Assembly (NCBI GenBank): GCA_030704615.1
Contig: CM060734.1
Coordinates: 16,368,001-16,432,000, forward strand
Direction of reading: 5' to 3'
DNA length: 64,000 nt
Source of the DNA: Takakia lepidozioides
Lineage: Eukaryota > Plantae > Bryophyta
The translations under genes and the position numbers were made by a program. Under the pieces are notes generated by a model, which was given only the letters and a program-made list of their open reading frames with translations, was not told the DNA's origin and did not search any database. Below are positions 24,476 through 39,400 of the stretch, piece after piece (position 1 is the stretch's first letter; each line of letters starts with the position of its first letter).

Positions 24476-27400
24476 TGCAGAAAAAGTTAAAAAGAGAGAG
24501 GGAAGATACTTTTTGTCATGTCAAGACAAGGACAGGACCCCCAGGGTCGTTGTCATGAAAGAATAATCAGACATATCAGCCACTTACCAGTGGCACCATC
24601 CATCAATCATCAAGCTTAGAAAATCCATAATTACATCCATGCACAATAATGTGTTCATGTCAGTATTATTCATAACCCAAAGAGTATGCCACTGATGCTG
24701 ATTGACCACCAGTCATGATCATGATACACATTCAGAGGTCTGGGTGGGATGGCGGGTACTTGGCCATATTTTGGCCTTGATGTATTGCGGGTCAAATGGT
24801 CATACAGATTTACTATCCGCAAGCTGTAATCCAAGCATACTTACTCAAACCCCATGGGTGTCATGGAGGGTTTTTTTTCCAAAACAAAAAGAACAAGAAG
24901 AACACTTGGACATCACAGATTTAAATATCTTGCCCTGCTAGTATTTGTTTAGACTGGTCTGCAGCACAGCTTGCCCCCACAGGGGAGGTGGATATGTCTG
25001 GTAAGTTTTCCAGAATACCCCTATACCTTTATTTCTTGCTACAGCTGAAAATCAAAGTTCGTGACCCAGCAAGGTAAAGATAAAGGACTGCATACACATC
25101 ATGTGACAGTATATAATACTATCAGTACATCCTATTCACATCATTCCACATTTGACCATGTCATTACACCATGTCCAGGGGGTATTTCCACTTGACCACC
25201 CTGGCTGCCTCAAAAACCAGTTACCAGTTATATATTGCTGTCATATTTCATTGTCAGCCGAATATCCACAGGCATAATCTTCACCATACCCTGCCCTAAG
25301 CATCTAGCTGACAAAGACATCCGGGTTGGAACATAACAGGAGCCAACATGGGTACCCGAATAGCTGCAACAAACAATTCCTTGCAGCCTCTCAAATTGTT
25401 TCCAACTACCATAAGGTAAGCAAAGCAAACTAGGGCCTGGAAAATAGATGTGTGTCTCTCACACAAGCCATCATAAACCCGGCTGTCACAACAAAGTAGA
25501 GGTCTTCCATTGGCTGGGCCGAAAATAGCCCATCGTAGAAAGCATTACACTTGTTCTTCAAAAATAAATGAAGGAAAGAGGTAGGAAGAAAAACCATAGA
25601 GTAGTTTAGTTTTTCAACATTTTAAGATACATCAGAATATTAAGTGGAAGCCCTCACCTGTGTCCGTCCCAAAAACAACCACAACGCATTGTGAGTTAGT
25701 GAGGATGCACGAGGTGAGTAGCAGGCTTCCACACTTGCTATCGAGTTCAAATACACTTCAATCTAAGCACAAAGAATGCCAAAGAAAGCAGGGAAGCAAA
25801 ACAAACAGAAAAAAGAACCTTTTTTACTGTTTGGGGGAGAGTCGTCATCTCTCCACAAGCCTAACCGTGCAGGGAGGACTCCGCCAGCACCACAGCACTG
25901 CTACCTTAACCAAAGCAAAGTCTTGCCAAGCACAAGAAAAAAGAGCTTGATCTCAAAAGGTAGGGTTTATAAAGGGAGGGAGAGAGACTTCCTTGTTCTT
26001 TTGAGCGGAAACAAAAGGGACAGAACCTGCCTCTGTCAGGGGCTGACGTTGGTAGTAAGACTTACCTTCATATATAGAATTAATCTGGGTTTTCCAGATA
26101 TCCTCTAGAAATCCCTTCACACAAACTGCTGTGTGTGATTTGCCCAATAACTAGGCCTCAGGAGGGCCTGGGCTTTTGGCTCAGCCTTGAGACTTTCAAA
26201 GTTGGTAAACAGAGGTACAGGCACAATTCCCTTGATAGATTTGAAAGAGAGCGTCTCTTTGGTGAGAGAACCCCGGACAGTGTATTAGAAAATGAGTACT
26301 GTCTTCAGATTGCCCACACAACGGGCAATTGCACTCTCCCTTTCCTCTTTGCTTCTGTCTGCTGTTCAAAGGTAGGCTTCCTGCTCTGAGTTTAAATTTC
26401 AGTCTAGTGCCGAGAGTGGGTAGACCCTTGAGGTCATCCAAGATGTCCTCCCCCATGTCACTGACTGGAAACAAGTTCAGGGAAGTTTTCTGCCTAACTT
26501 CATTTTCATCAGACAATCTCATGGCAACAGACATGGCTTTGGACACTACAGCCTCTAAGTCAGATTTATCAACCCATATTGCAGATCCGTACTCCAAGGC
26601 AGGTCTAATAATGCGACAAATCATGGTTTTCTTAACCTCGGAGTTGACCCCTCTGCAGAAAAAGTTAAAAAGAGAGAGGGAAGATACTTTTTGTCATGTC
26701 AAGACAAGGACAGGACCCCCAGGGTCGTTGTCATGAAAGAATAATCAGACATATCAGCCACTTACCAGTGGCACCATCCATCAATCATCAAGCTTAGAAA
26801 ATCCATAATTACATCCATGCACAATAATGTGTTCATGTCAGTATTATTCATAACCCAAAGAGTATGCCACTGATGCTGATTGACCACCAGTCATGATCAT
26901 GATACACATTCAGAGGTCTGGGTGGGATGGCGGGTACTTGGCCATATTTTGGCCTTGATGTATTGCGGGTCAAATGGTCATACAGATTTACTATCCGCAA
27001 GCTGTAATCCAAGCATACTTACTCAAACCCCATGGGTGTCATGGAGGGTTTTTTTTCCAAAACAAAAAGAACAAGAAGAACACTTGGACATCACAGATTT
27101 AAATATCTTGCCCTGCTAGTATTTGTTTAGACTGGTCTGCAGCACAGCTTGCCCCCACAGGGGAGGTGGATATGTCTGGTAAGTTTTCCAGAATACCCCT
27201 ATACCTTTATTTCTTGCTACAGCTGAAAATCAAAGTTCGTGACCCAGCAAGGTAAAGATAAAGGACTGCATACACATCATGTGACAGTATATAATACTAT
27301 CAGTACATCCTATTCACATCATTCCACATTTGACCATGTCATTACACCATGTCCAGGGGGTATTTCCACTTGACCACCCTGGCTGCCTCAAAAACCAGTT

Positions 27401-30400
27401 ACCAGTTATATATTGCTGTCATATTTCATTGTCAGCCGAATATCCACAGGCATAATCTTCACCATACCCTGCCCTAAGCATCTAGCTGACAAAGACATCC
27501 GGGTTGGAACATAACAGGAGCCAACATGGGTACCCGAATAGCTGCAACAAACAATTCCTTGCAGCCTCTCAAATTGTTTCCAACTACCATAAGGTAAGCA
27601 AAGCAAACTAGGGCCTGGAAAATAGATGTGTGTCTCTCACACAAGCCATCATAAACCCGGCTGTCACAACAAAGTAGAGGTCTTCCATTGGCTGGGCCGA
27701 AAATAGCCCATCGTAGAAAGCATTACACTTGTTCTTCAAAAATAAATGAAGGAAAGAGGTAGGAAGAAAAACCATAGAGTAGTTTAGTTTTTCAACATTT
27801 TAAGATACATCAGAATATTAAGTGGAAGCCCTCACCTGTGTCCGTCCCAAAAACAACCACAACGCATTGTGAGTTAGTGAGGATGCACGAGGTGAGTAGC
27901 AGGCTTCCACACTTGCTATCGAGTTCAAATACACTTCAATCTAAGCACAAAGAATGCCAAAGAAAGCAGGGAAGCAAAACAAACAGAAAAAAGAACCTTT
28001 TTTACTGTTTGGGGGAGAGTCGTCATCTCTCCACAAGCCTAACCGTGCAGGGAGGACTCCGCCAGCACCACAGCACTGCTACCTTAACCAAAGCAAAGTC
28101 TTGCCAAGCACAAGAAAAAAGAGCTTGATCTCAAAAGGTAGGGTTTATAAAGGGAGGGAGAGAGACTTCCTTGTTCTTTTGAGCGGAAACAAAAGGGACA
28201 GAACCTGCCTCTGTCAGGGGCTGACGTTGGTAGTAAGACTTACCTTCATATATAGAATTAATCTGGGTTTTCCAGATATCCTCTAGAAATCCCTTCACAC
28301 AAACTGCTGTGTGTGATTTGCCCAATAACTAGGCCTCAGGAGGGCCTGGGCTTTTGGCTCAGCCTTGAGACTTTCAAAGTTGGTAAACAGAGGTACAGGC
28401 ACAATTCCCTTGATAGATTTGAAAGAGAGCGTCTCTTTGGTGAGAGAACCCCGGACAGTGTATTAGAAAATGAGTACTGTCTTCAGATTGCCCACACAAC
28501 GGGCAATTGCACTCTCCCTTTCCTCTTTGCTTCTGTCTGCTGTTCAAAGGTAGGCTTCCTGCTCTGAGTTTAAATTTCAGTCTAGTGCCGAGAGTGGGTA
28601 GACCCTTGAGGTCATCCAAGATGTCCTCCCCCATGTCACTGACTGGAAACAAGTTCAGGGAAGTTTTCTGCCTAACTTCATTTTCATCAGACAATCTCAT
28701 GGCAACAGACATGGCTTTGGACACTACAGCCTCTAAGTCAGATTTATCAACCCATATTGCAGATCCGTACTCCAAGGCAGGTCTAATAATGCGACAAATC
28801 ATGGTTTTCTTAACCTCGGAGTTGACCCCTCTGCAGAAAAAGTTAAAAAGAGAGAGGGAAGATACTTTTTGTCATGTCAAGACAAGGACAGGACCCCCAG
28901 GGTCGTTGTCATGAAAGAATAATCAGACATATCAGCCACTTACCAGTGGCACCATCCATCAATCATCAAGCTTAGAAAATCCATAATTACATCCATGCAC
29001 AATAATGTGTTCATGTCAGTATTATTCATAACCCAAAGAGTATGCCACTGATGCTGATTGACCACCAGTCATGATCATGATACACATTCAGAGGTCTGGG
29101 TGGGATGGCGGGTACTTGGCCATATTTTGGCCTTGATGTATTGCGGGTCAAATGGTCATACAGATTTACTATCCGCAAGCTGTAATCCAAGCATACTTAC
29201 TCAAACCCCATGGGTGTCATGGAGGGTTTTTTTTCCAAAACAAAAAGAACAAGAAGAACACTTGGACATCACAGATTTAAATATCTTGCCCTGCTAGTAT
29301 TTGTTTAGACTGGTCTGCAGCACAGCTTGCCCCCACAGGGGAGGTGGATATGTCTGGTAAGTTTTCCAGAATACCCCTATACCTTTATTTCTTGCTACAG
29401 CTGAAAATCAAAGTTCGTGACCCAGCAAGGTAAAGATAAAGGACTGCATACACATCATGTGACAGTATATAATACTATCAGTACATCCTATTCACATCAT
29501 TCCACATTTGACCATGTCATTACACCATGTCCAGGGGGTATTTCCACTTGACCACCCTGGCTGCCTCAAAAACCAGTTACCAGTTATATATTGCTGTCAT
29601 ATTTCATTGTCAGCCGAATATCCACAGGCATAATCTTCACCATACCCTGCCCTAAGCATCTAGCTGACAAAGACATCCGGGTTGGAACATAACAGGAGCC
29701 AACATGGGTACCCGAATAGCTGCAACAAACAATTCCTTGCAGCCTCTCAAATTGTTTCCAACTACCATAAGGTAAGCAAAGCAAACTAGGGCCTGGAAAA
29801 TAGATGTGTGTCTCTCACACAAGCCATCATAAACCCGGCTGTCACAACAAAGTAGAGGTCTTCCATTGGCTGGGCCGAAAATAGCCCATCGTAGAAAGCA
29901 TTACACTTGTTCTTCAAAAATAAATGAAGGAAAGAGGTAGGAAGAAAAACCATAGAGTAGTTTAGTTTTTCAACATTTTAAGATACATCAGAATATTAAG
30001 TGGAAGCCCTCACCTGCGTCCGTCCCAAAAACAACCACAACGCATTGTGAGTTAGTGAGGATGCACGAGGTGAGTAGCAGGCTTCCACACTTGCTATCGA
30101 GTTCAAATACACTTCAATCTAAGCACAAAGAATGCCAAAGAAAGCAGGGAAGCAAAACAAACAGAAAAAAGAACCTTTTTTACTGTTTGGGGGAGAGTCG
30201 TCATCTCTCCACAAGCCTAACCGTGCAGGGAGGACTCCGCCAGCACCACAGCACTGCTACCTTAACCAAAGCAAAGTCTTGCCAAGCACAAGAAAAAAGA
30301 GCTTGATCTCAAAAGGTAGGGTTTATAAAGGGAGGGAGAGAGACTTCCTTGTTCTTTTGAGCGGAAACAAAAGGGACAGAACCTGCCTCTGTCAGGGGCT

Positions 30401-33400
30401 GACGTTGGTAGTAAGACTTACCTTCATATATAGAATTAATCTGGGTTTTCCAGATATCCTCTAGAAATCCCTTCACACAAACTGCTGTGTGTGATTTGCC
30501 CAATAACTAGGCCTCAGGAGGGCCTGGGCTTTTGGCTCAGCCTTGAGACTTTCAAAGTTGGTAAACAGAGGTACAGGCACAATTCCCTTGATAGATTTGA
30601 AAGAGAGCGTCTCTTTGGTGAGAGAACCCCGGACAGTGTATTAGAAAATGAGTACTGTCTTCAGATTGCCCACACAACGGGCAATTGCACTCTCCCTTTC
30701 CTCTTTGCTTCTGTCTGCTGTTCAAAGGTAGGCTTCCTGCTCTGAGTTTAAATTTCAGTCTAGTGCCGAGAGTGGGTAGACCCTTGAGGTCATCCAAGAT
30801 GTCCTCCCCCATGTCACTGACTGGAAACAAGTTCAGGGAAGTTTTCTGCCTAACTTCATTTTCATCAGACAATCTCATGGCAACAGACATGGCTTTGGAC
30901 ACTACAGCCTCTAAGTCAGATTTATCAACCCATATTGCAGATCCGTACTCCAAGGCAGGTCTAATAATGCGACAAATCATGGTTTTCTTAACCTCGGAGT
31001 TGACCCCTCTGCAGAAAAAGTTAAAAAGAGAGAGGGAAGATACTTTTTGTCATGTCAAGACAAGGACAGGACCCCCAGGGTCGTTGTCATGAAAGAATAA
31101 TCAGACATATCAGCCACTTACCAGTGGCACCATCCATCAATCATCAAGCTTAGAAAATCCATAATTACATCCATGCACAATAATGTGTTCATGTCAGTAT
31201 TATTCATAACCCAAAGAGTATGCCACTGATGCTGATTGACCACCAGTCATGATCATGATACACATTCAGAGGTCTGGGTGGGATGGCGGGTACTTGGCCA
31301 TATTTTGGCCTTGATGTATTGCGGGTCAAATGGTCATACAGATTTACTATCCGCAAGCTGTAATCCAAGCATACTTACTCAAACCCCATGGGTGTCATGG
31401 AGGGTTTTTTTTCCAAAACAAAAAGAACAAGAAGAACACTTGGACATCACAGATTTAAATATCTTGCCCTGCTAGTATTTGTTTAGACTGGTCTGCAGCA
31501 CAGCTTGCCCCCACAGGGGAGGTGGATATGTCTGGTAAGTTTTCCAGAATACCCCTATACCTTTATTTCTTGCTACAGCTGAAAATCAAAGTTCGTGACC
31601 CAGCAAGGTAAAGATAAAGGACTGCATACACATCATGTGACAGTATATAATACTATCAGTACATCCTATTCACATCATTCCACATTTGACCATGTCATTA
31701 CACCATGTCCAGGGGGTATTTCCACTTGACCACCCTGGCTGCCTCAAAAACCAGTTACCAGTTATATATTGCTGTCATATTTCATTGTCAGCCGAATATC
31801 CACAGGCATAATCTTCACCATACCCTGCCCTAAGCATCTAGCTGACAAAGACATCCGGGTTGGAACATAACAGGAGCCAACATGGGTACCCGAATAGCTG
31901 CAACAAACAATTCCTTGCAGCCTCTCAAATTGTTTCCAACTACCATAAGGTAAGCAAAGCAAACTAGGGCCTGGAAAATAGATGTGTGTCTCTCACACAA
32001 GCCATCATAAACCCGGCTGTCACAACAAAGTAGAGGTCTTCCATTGGCTGGGCCGAAAATAGCCCATCGTAGAAAGCATTACACTTGTTCTTCAAAAATA
32101 AATGAAGGAAAGAGGTAGGAAGAAAAACCATAGAGTAGTTTAGTTTTTCAACATTTTAAGATACATCAGAATATTAAGTGGAAGCCCTCACCTGTGTCCG
32201 TCCCAAAAACAACCACAACGCATTGTGAGTTAGTGAGGATGCACGAGGTGAGTAGCAGGCTTCCACACTTGCTATCGAGTTCAAATACACTTCAATCTAA
32301 GCACAAAGAATGCCAAAGAAAGCAGGGAAGCAAAACAAACAGAAAAAAGAACCTTTTTTACTGTTTGGGGGAGAGTCGTCATCTCTCCACAAGCCTAACC
32401 GTGCAGGGAGGACTCCGCCAGCACCACAGCACTGCTACCTTAACCAAAGCAAAGTCTTGCCAAGCACAAGAAAAAAGAGCTTGATCTCAAAAGGTAGGGT
32501 TTATAAAGGGAGGGAGAGAGACTTCCTTGTTCTTTTGAGCGGAAACAAAAGGGACAGAACCTGCCTCTGTCAGGGGCTGACGTTGGTAGTAAGACTTACC
32601 TTCATATATAGAATTAATCTGGGTTTTCCAGATATCCTCTAGAAATCCCTTCACACAAACTGCTGTGTGTGATTTGCCCAATAACTAGGCCTCAGGAGGG
32701 CCTGGGCTTTTGGCTCAGCCTTGAGACTTTCAAAGTTGGTAAACAGAGGTACAGGCACAATTCCCTTGATAGATTTGAAAGAGAGCGTCTCTTTGGTGAG
32801 AGAACCCCGGACAGTGTATTAGAAAATGAGTACTGTCTTCAGATTGCCCACACAACGGGCAATTGCACTCTCCCTTTCCTCTTTGCTTCTGTCTGCTGTT
32901 CAAAGGTAGGCTTCCTGCTCTGAGTTTAAATTTCAGTCTAGTGCCGAGAGTGGGTAGACCCTTGAGGTCATCCAAGATGTCCTCCCCCATGTCACTGACT
33001 GGAAACAAGTTCAGGGAAGTTTTCTGCCTAACTTCATTTTCATCAGACAATCTCATGGCAACAGACATGGCTTTGGACACTACAGCCTCTAAGTCAGATT
33101 TATCAACCCATATTGCAGATCCGTACTCCAAGGCAGGTCTAATAATGCGACAAATCATGGTTTTCTTAACCTCGGAGTTGACCCCTCTGCAGAAAAAGTT
33201 AAAAAGAGAGAGGGAAGATACTTTTTGTCATGTCAAGACAAGGACAGGACCCCCAGGGTCGTTGTCATGAAAGAATAATCAGACATATCAGCCACTTACC
33301 AGTGGCACCATCCATCAATCATCAAGCTTAGAAAATCCATAATTACATCCATGCACAATAATGTGTTCATGTCAGTATTATTCATAACCCAAAGAGTATG

Positions 33401-36400
33401 CCACTGATGCTGATTGACCACCAGTCATGATCATGATACACATTCAGAGGTCTGGGTGGGATGGCGGGTACTTGGCCATATTTTGGCCTTGATGTATTGC
33501 GGGTCAAATGGTCATACAGATTTACTATCCGCAAGCTGTAATCCAAGCATACTTACTCAAACCCCATGGGTGTCATGGAGGGTTTTTTTTCCAAAACAAA
33601 AAGAACAAGAAGAACACTTGGACATCACAGATTTAAATATCTTGCCCTGCTAGTATTTGTTTAGACTGGTCTGCAGCACAGCTTGCCCCCACAGGGGAGG
33701 TGGATATGTCTGGTAAGTTTTCCAGAATACCCCTATACCTTTATTTCTTGCTACAGCTGAAAATCAAAGTTCGTGACCCAGCAAGGTAAAGATAAAGGAC
33801 TGCATACACATCATGTGACAGTATATAATACTATCAGTACATCCTATTCACATCATTCCACATTTGACCATGTCATTACACCATGTCCAGGGGGTATTTC
33901 CACTTGACCACCCTGGCTGCCTCAAAAACCAGTTACCAGTTATATATTGCTGTCATATTTCATTGTCAGCCGAATATCCACAGGCATAATCTTCACCATA
34001 CCCTGCCCTAAGCATCTAGCTGACAAAGACATCCGGGTTGGAACATAACAGGAGCCAACATGGGTACCCGAATAGCTGCAACAAACAATTCCTTGCAGCC
34101 TCTCAAATTGTTTCCAACTACCATAAGGTAAGCAAAGCAAACTAGGGCCTGGAAAATAGATGTGTGTCTCTCACACAAGCCATCATAAACCCGGCTGTCA
34201 CAACAAAGTAGAGGTCTTCCATTGGCTGGGCCGAAAATAGCCCATCGTAGAAAGCATTACACTTGTTCTTCAAAAATAAATGAAGGAAAGAGGTAGGAAG
34301 AAAAACCATAGAGTAGTTTAGTTTTTCAACATTTTAAGATACATCAGAATATTAAGTGGAAGCCCTCACCTGTGTCCGTCCCAAAAACAACCACAACGCA
34401 TTGTGAGTTAGTGAGGATGCACGAGGTGAGTAGCAGGCTTCCACACTTGCTATCGAGTTCAAATACACTTCAATCTAAGCACAAAGAATGCCAAAGAAAG
34501 CAGGGAAGCAAAACAAACAGAAAAAAGAACCTTTTTTACTGTTTGGGGGAGAGTCGTCATCTCTCCACAAGCCTAACCGTGCAGGGAGGACTCCGCCAGC
34601 ACCACAGCACTGCTACCTTAACCAAAGCAAAGTCTTGCCAAGCACAAGAAAAAAGAGCTTGATCTCAAAAGGTAGGGTTTATAAAGGGAGGGAGAGAGAC
34701 TTCCTTGTTCTTTTGAGCGGAAACAAAAGGGACAGAACCTGCCTCTGTCAGGGGCTGACGTTGGTAGTAAGACTTACCTTCATATATAGAATTAATCTGG
34801 GTTTTCCAGATATCCTCTAGAAATCCCTTCACACAAACTGCTGTGTGTGATTTGCCCAATAACTAGGCCTCAGGAGGGCCTGGGCTTTTGGCTCAGCCTT
34901 GAGACTTTCAAAGTTGGTAAACAGAGGTACAGGCACAATTCCCTTGATAGATTTGAAAGAGAGCGTCTCTTTGGTGAGAGAACCCCGGACAGTGTATTAG
35001 AAAATGAGTACTGTCTTCAGATTGCCCACACAACGGGCAATTGCACTCTCCCTTTCCTCTTTGCTTCTGTCTGCTGTTCAAAGGTAGGCTTCCTGCTCTG
35101 AGTTTAAATTTCAGTCTAGTGCCGAGAGTGGGTAGACCCTTGAGGTCATCCAAGATGTCCTCCCCCATGTCACTGACTGGAAACAAGTTCAGGGAAGTTT
35201 TCTGCCTAACTTCATTTTCATCAGACAATCTCATGGCAACAGACATGGCTTTGGACACTACAGCCTCTAAGTCAGATTTATCAACCCATATTGCAGATCC
35301 GTACTCCAAGGCAGGTCTAATAATGCGACAAATCATGGTTTTCTTAACCTCGGAGTTGACCCCTCTGCAGAAAAAGTTAAAAAGAGAGAGGGAAGATACT
35401 TTTTGTCATGTCAAGACAAGGACAGGACCCCCAGGGTCGTTGTCATGAAAGAATAATCAGACATATCAGCCACTTACCAGTGGCACCATCCATCAATCAT
35501 CAAGCTTAGAAAATCCATAATTACATCCATGCACAATAATGTGTTCATGTCAGTATTATTCATAACCCAAAGAGTATGCCACTGATGCTGATTGACCACC
35601 AGTCATGATCATGATACACATTCAGAGGTCTGGGTGGGATGGCGGGTACTTGGCCATATTTTGGCCTTGATGTATTGCGGGTCAAATGGTCATACAGATT
35701 TACTATCCGCAAGCTGTAATCCAAGCATACTTACTCAAACCCCATGGGTGTCATGGAGGGTTTTTTTTCCAAAACAAAAAGAACAAGAAGAACACTTGGA
35801 CATCACAGATTTAAATATCTTGCCCTGCTAGTATTTGTTTAGACTGGTCTGCAGCACAGCTTGCCCCCACAGGGGAGGTGGATATGTCTGGTAAGTTTTC
35901 CAGAATACCCCTATACCTTTATTTCTTGCTACAGCTGAAAATCAAAGTTCGTGACCCAGCAAGGTAAAGATAAAGGACTGCATACACATCATGTGACAGT
36001 ATATAATACTATCAGTACATCCTATTCACATCATTCCACATTTGACCATGTCATTACACCATGTCCAGGGGGTATTTCCACTTGACCACCCTGGCTGCCT
36101 CAAAAACCAGTTACCAGTTATATATTGCTGTCATATTTCATTGTCAGCCGAATATCCACAGGCATAATCTTCACCATACCCTGCCCTAAGCATCTAGCTG
36201 ACAAAGACATCCGGGTTGGAACATAACAGGAGCCAACATGGGTACCCGAATAGCTGCAACAAACAATTCCTTGCAGCCTCTCAAATTGTTTCCAACTACC
36301 ATAAGGTAAGCAAAGCAAACTAGGGCCTGGAAAATAGATGTGTGTCTCTCACACAAGCCATCATAAACCCGGCTGTCACAACAAAGTAGAGGTCTTCCAT

Positions 36401-39400
36401 TGGCTGGGCCGAAAATAGCCCATCGTAGAAAGCATTACACTTGTTCTTCAAAAATAAATGAAGGAAAGAGGTAGGAAGAAAAACCATAGAGTAGTTTAGT
36501 TTTTCAACATTTTAAGATACATCAGAATATTAAGTGGAAGCCCTCACCTGTGTCCGTCCCAAAAACAACCACAACGCATTGTGAGTTAGTGAGGATGCAC
36601 GAGGTGAGTAGCAGGCTTCCACACTTGCTATCGAGTTCAAATACACTTCAATCTAAGCACAAAGAATGCCAAAGAAAGCAGGGAAGCAAAACAAACAGAA
36701 AAAAGAACCTTTTTTACTGTTTGGGGGAGAGTCGTCATCTCTCCACAAGCCTAACCGTGCAGGGAGGACTCCGCCAGCACCACAGCACTGCTACCTTAAC
36801 CAAAGCAAAGTCTTGCCAAGCACAAGAAAAAAGAGCTTGATCTCAAAAGGTAGGGTTTATAAAGGGAGGGAGAGAGACTTCCTTGTTCTTTTGAGCGGAA
36901 ACAAAAGGGACAGAACCTGCCTCTGTCAGGGGCTGACGTTGGTAGTAAGACTTACCTTCATATATAGAATTAATCTGGGTTTTCCAGATATCCTCTAGAA
37001 ATCCCTTCACACAAACTGCTGTGTGTGATTTGCCCAATAACTAGGCCTCAGGAGGGCCTGGGCTTTTGGCTCAGCCTTGAGACTTTCAAAGTTGGTAAAC
37101 AGAGGTACAGGCACAATTCCCTTGATAGATTTGAAAGAGAGCGTCTCTTTGGTGAGAGAACCCCGGACAGTGTATTAGAAAATGAGTACTGTCTTCAGAT
37201 TGCCCACACAACGGGCAATTGCACTCTCCCTTTCCTCTTTGCTTCTGTCTGCTGTTCAAAGGTAGGCTTCCTGCTCTGAGTTTAAATTTCAGTCTAGTGC
37301 CGAGAGTGGGTAGACCCTTGAGGTCATCCAAGATGTCCTCCCCCATGTCACTGACTGGAAACAAGTTCAGGGAAGTTTTCTGCCTAACTTCATTTTCATC
37401 AGACAATCTCATGGCAACAGACATGGCTTTGGACACTACAGCCTCTAAGTCAGATTTATCAACCCATATTGCAGATCCGTACTCCAAGGCAGGTCTAATA
37501 ATGCGACAAATCATGGTTTTCTTAACCTCGGAGTTGACCCCTCTGCAGAAAAAGTTAAAAAGAGAGAGGGAAGATACTTTTTGTCATGTCAAGACAAGGA
37601 CAGGACCCCCAGGGTCGTTGTCATGAAAGAATAATCAGACATATCAGCCACTTACCAGTGGCACCATCCATCAATCATCAAGCTTAGAAAATCCATAATT
37701 ACATCCATGCACAATAATGTGTTCATGTCAGTATTATTCATAACCCAAAGAGTATGCCACTGATGCTGATTGACCACCAGTCATGATCATGATACACATT
37801 CAGAGGTCTGGGTGGGATGGCGGGTACTTGGCCATATTTTGGCCTTGATGTATTGCGGGTCAAATGGTCATACAGATTTACTATCCGCAAGCTGTAATCC
37901 AAGCATACTTACTCAAACCCCATGGGTGTCATGGAGGGTTTTTTTTCCAAAACAAAAAGAACAAGAAGAACACTTGGACATCACAGATTTAAATATCTTG
38001 CCCTGCTAGTATTTGTTTAGACTGGTCTGCAGCACAGCTTGCCCCCACAGGGGAGGTGGATATGTCTGGTAAGTTTTCCAGAATACCCCTATACCTTTAT
38101 TTCTTGCTACAGCTGAAAATCAAAGTTCGTGACCCAGCAAGGTAAAGATAAAGGACTGCATACACATCATGTGACAGTATATAATACTATCAGTACATCC
38201 TATTCACATCATTCCACATTTGACCATGTCATTACACCATGTCCAGGGGGTATTTCCACTTGACCACCCTGGCTGCCTCAAAAACCAGTTACCAGTTATA
38301 TATTGCTGTCATATTTCATTGTCAGCCGAATATCCACAGGCATAATCTTCACCATACCCTGCCCTAAGCATCTAGCTGACAAAGACATCCGGGTTGGAAC
38401 ATAACAGGAGCCAACATGGGTACCCGAATAGCTGCAACAAACAATTCCTTGCAGCCTCTCAAATTGTTTCCAACTACCATAAGGTAAGCAAAGCAAACTA
38501 GGGCCTGGAAAATAGATGTGTGTCTCTCACACAAGCCATCATAAACCCGGCTGTCACAACAAAGTAGAGGTCTTCCATTGGCTGGGCCGAAAATAGCCCA
38601 TCGTAGAAAGCATTACACTTGTTCTTCAAAAATAAATGAAGGAAAGAGGTAGGAAGAAAAACCATAGAGTAGTTTAGTTTTTCAACATTTTAAGATACAT
38701 CAGAATATTAAGTGGAAGCCCTCACCTGTGTCCGTCCCAAAAACAACCACAACGCATTGTGAGTTAGTGAGGATGCATGAGGTGAGTAGCAGGCTTCCAC
38801 ACTTGCTATCGAGTTCAAATACACTTCAATCTAAGCACAAAGAATGCCAAAGAAAGCAGGGAAGCAAAACAAACAGAAAAAAGAACCTTTTTTACTGTTT
38901 GGGGGAGAGTCGTCATCTCTCCACAAGCCTAACCGTGCAGGGAGGACTCCGCCAGCACCACAGCACTGCTACCTTAACCAAAGCAAAGTCTTGCCAAGCA
39001 CAAGAAAAAAGAGCTTGATCTCAAAAGGTAGGGTTTATAAAGGGAGGGAGAGAGACTTCCTTGTTCTTTTGAGCGGAAACAAAAGGGACAGAACCTGCCT
39101 CTGTCAGGGGCTGACGTTGGTAGTAAGACTTACCTTCATATATAGAATTAATCTGGGTTTTCCAGATATCCTCTAGAAATCCCTTCACACAAACTGCTGT
39201 GTGTGATTTGCCCAATAACTAGGCCTCAGGAGGGCCTGGGCTTTTGGCTCAGCCTTGAGACTTTCAAAGTTGGTAAACAGAGGTACAGGCACAATTCCCT
39301 TGATAGATTTGAAAGAGAGCGTCTCTTTGGTGAGAGAACCCCGGACAGTGTATTAGAAAATGAGTACTGTCTTCAGATTGCCCACACAACGGGCAATTGC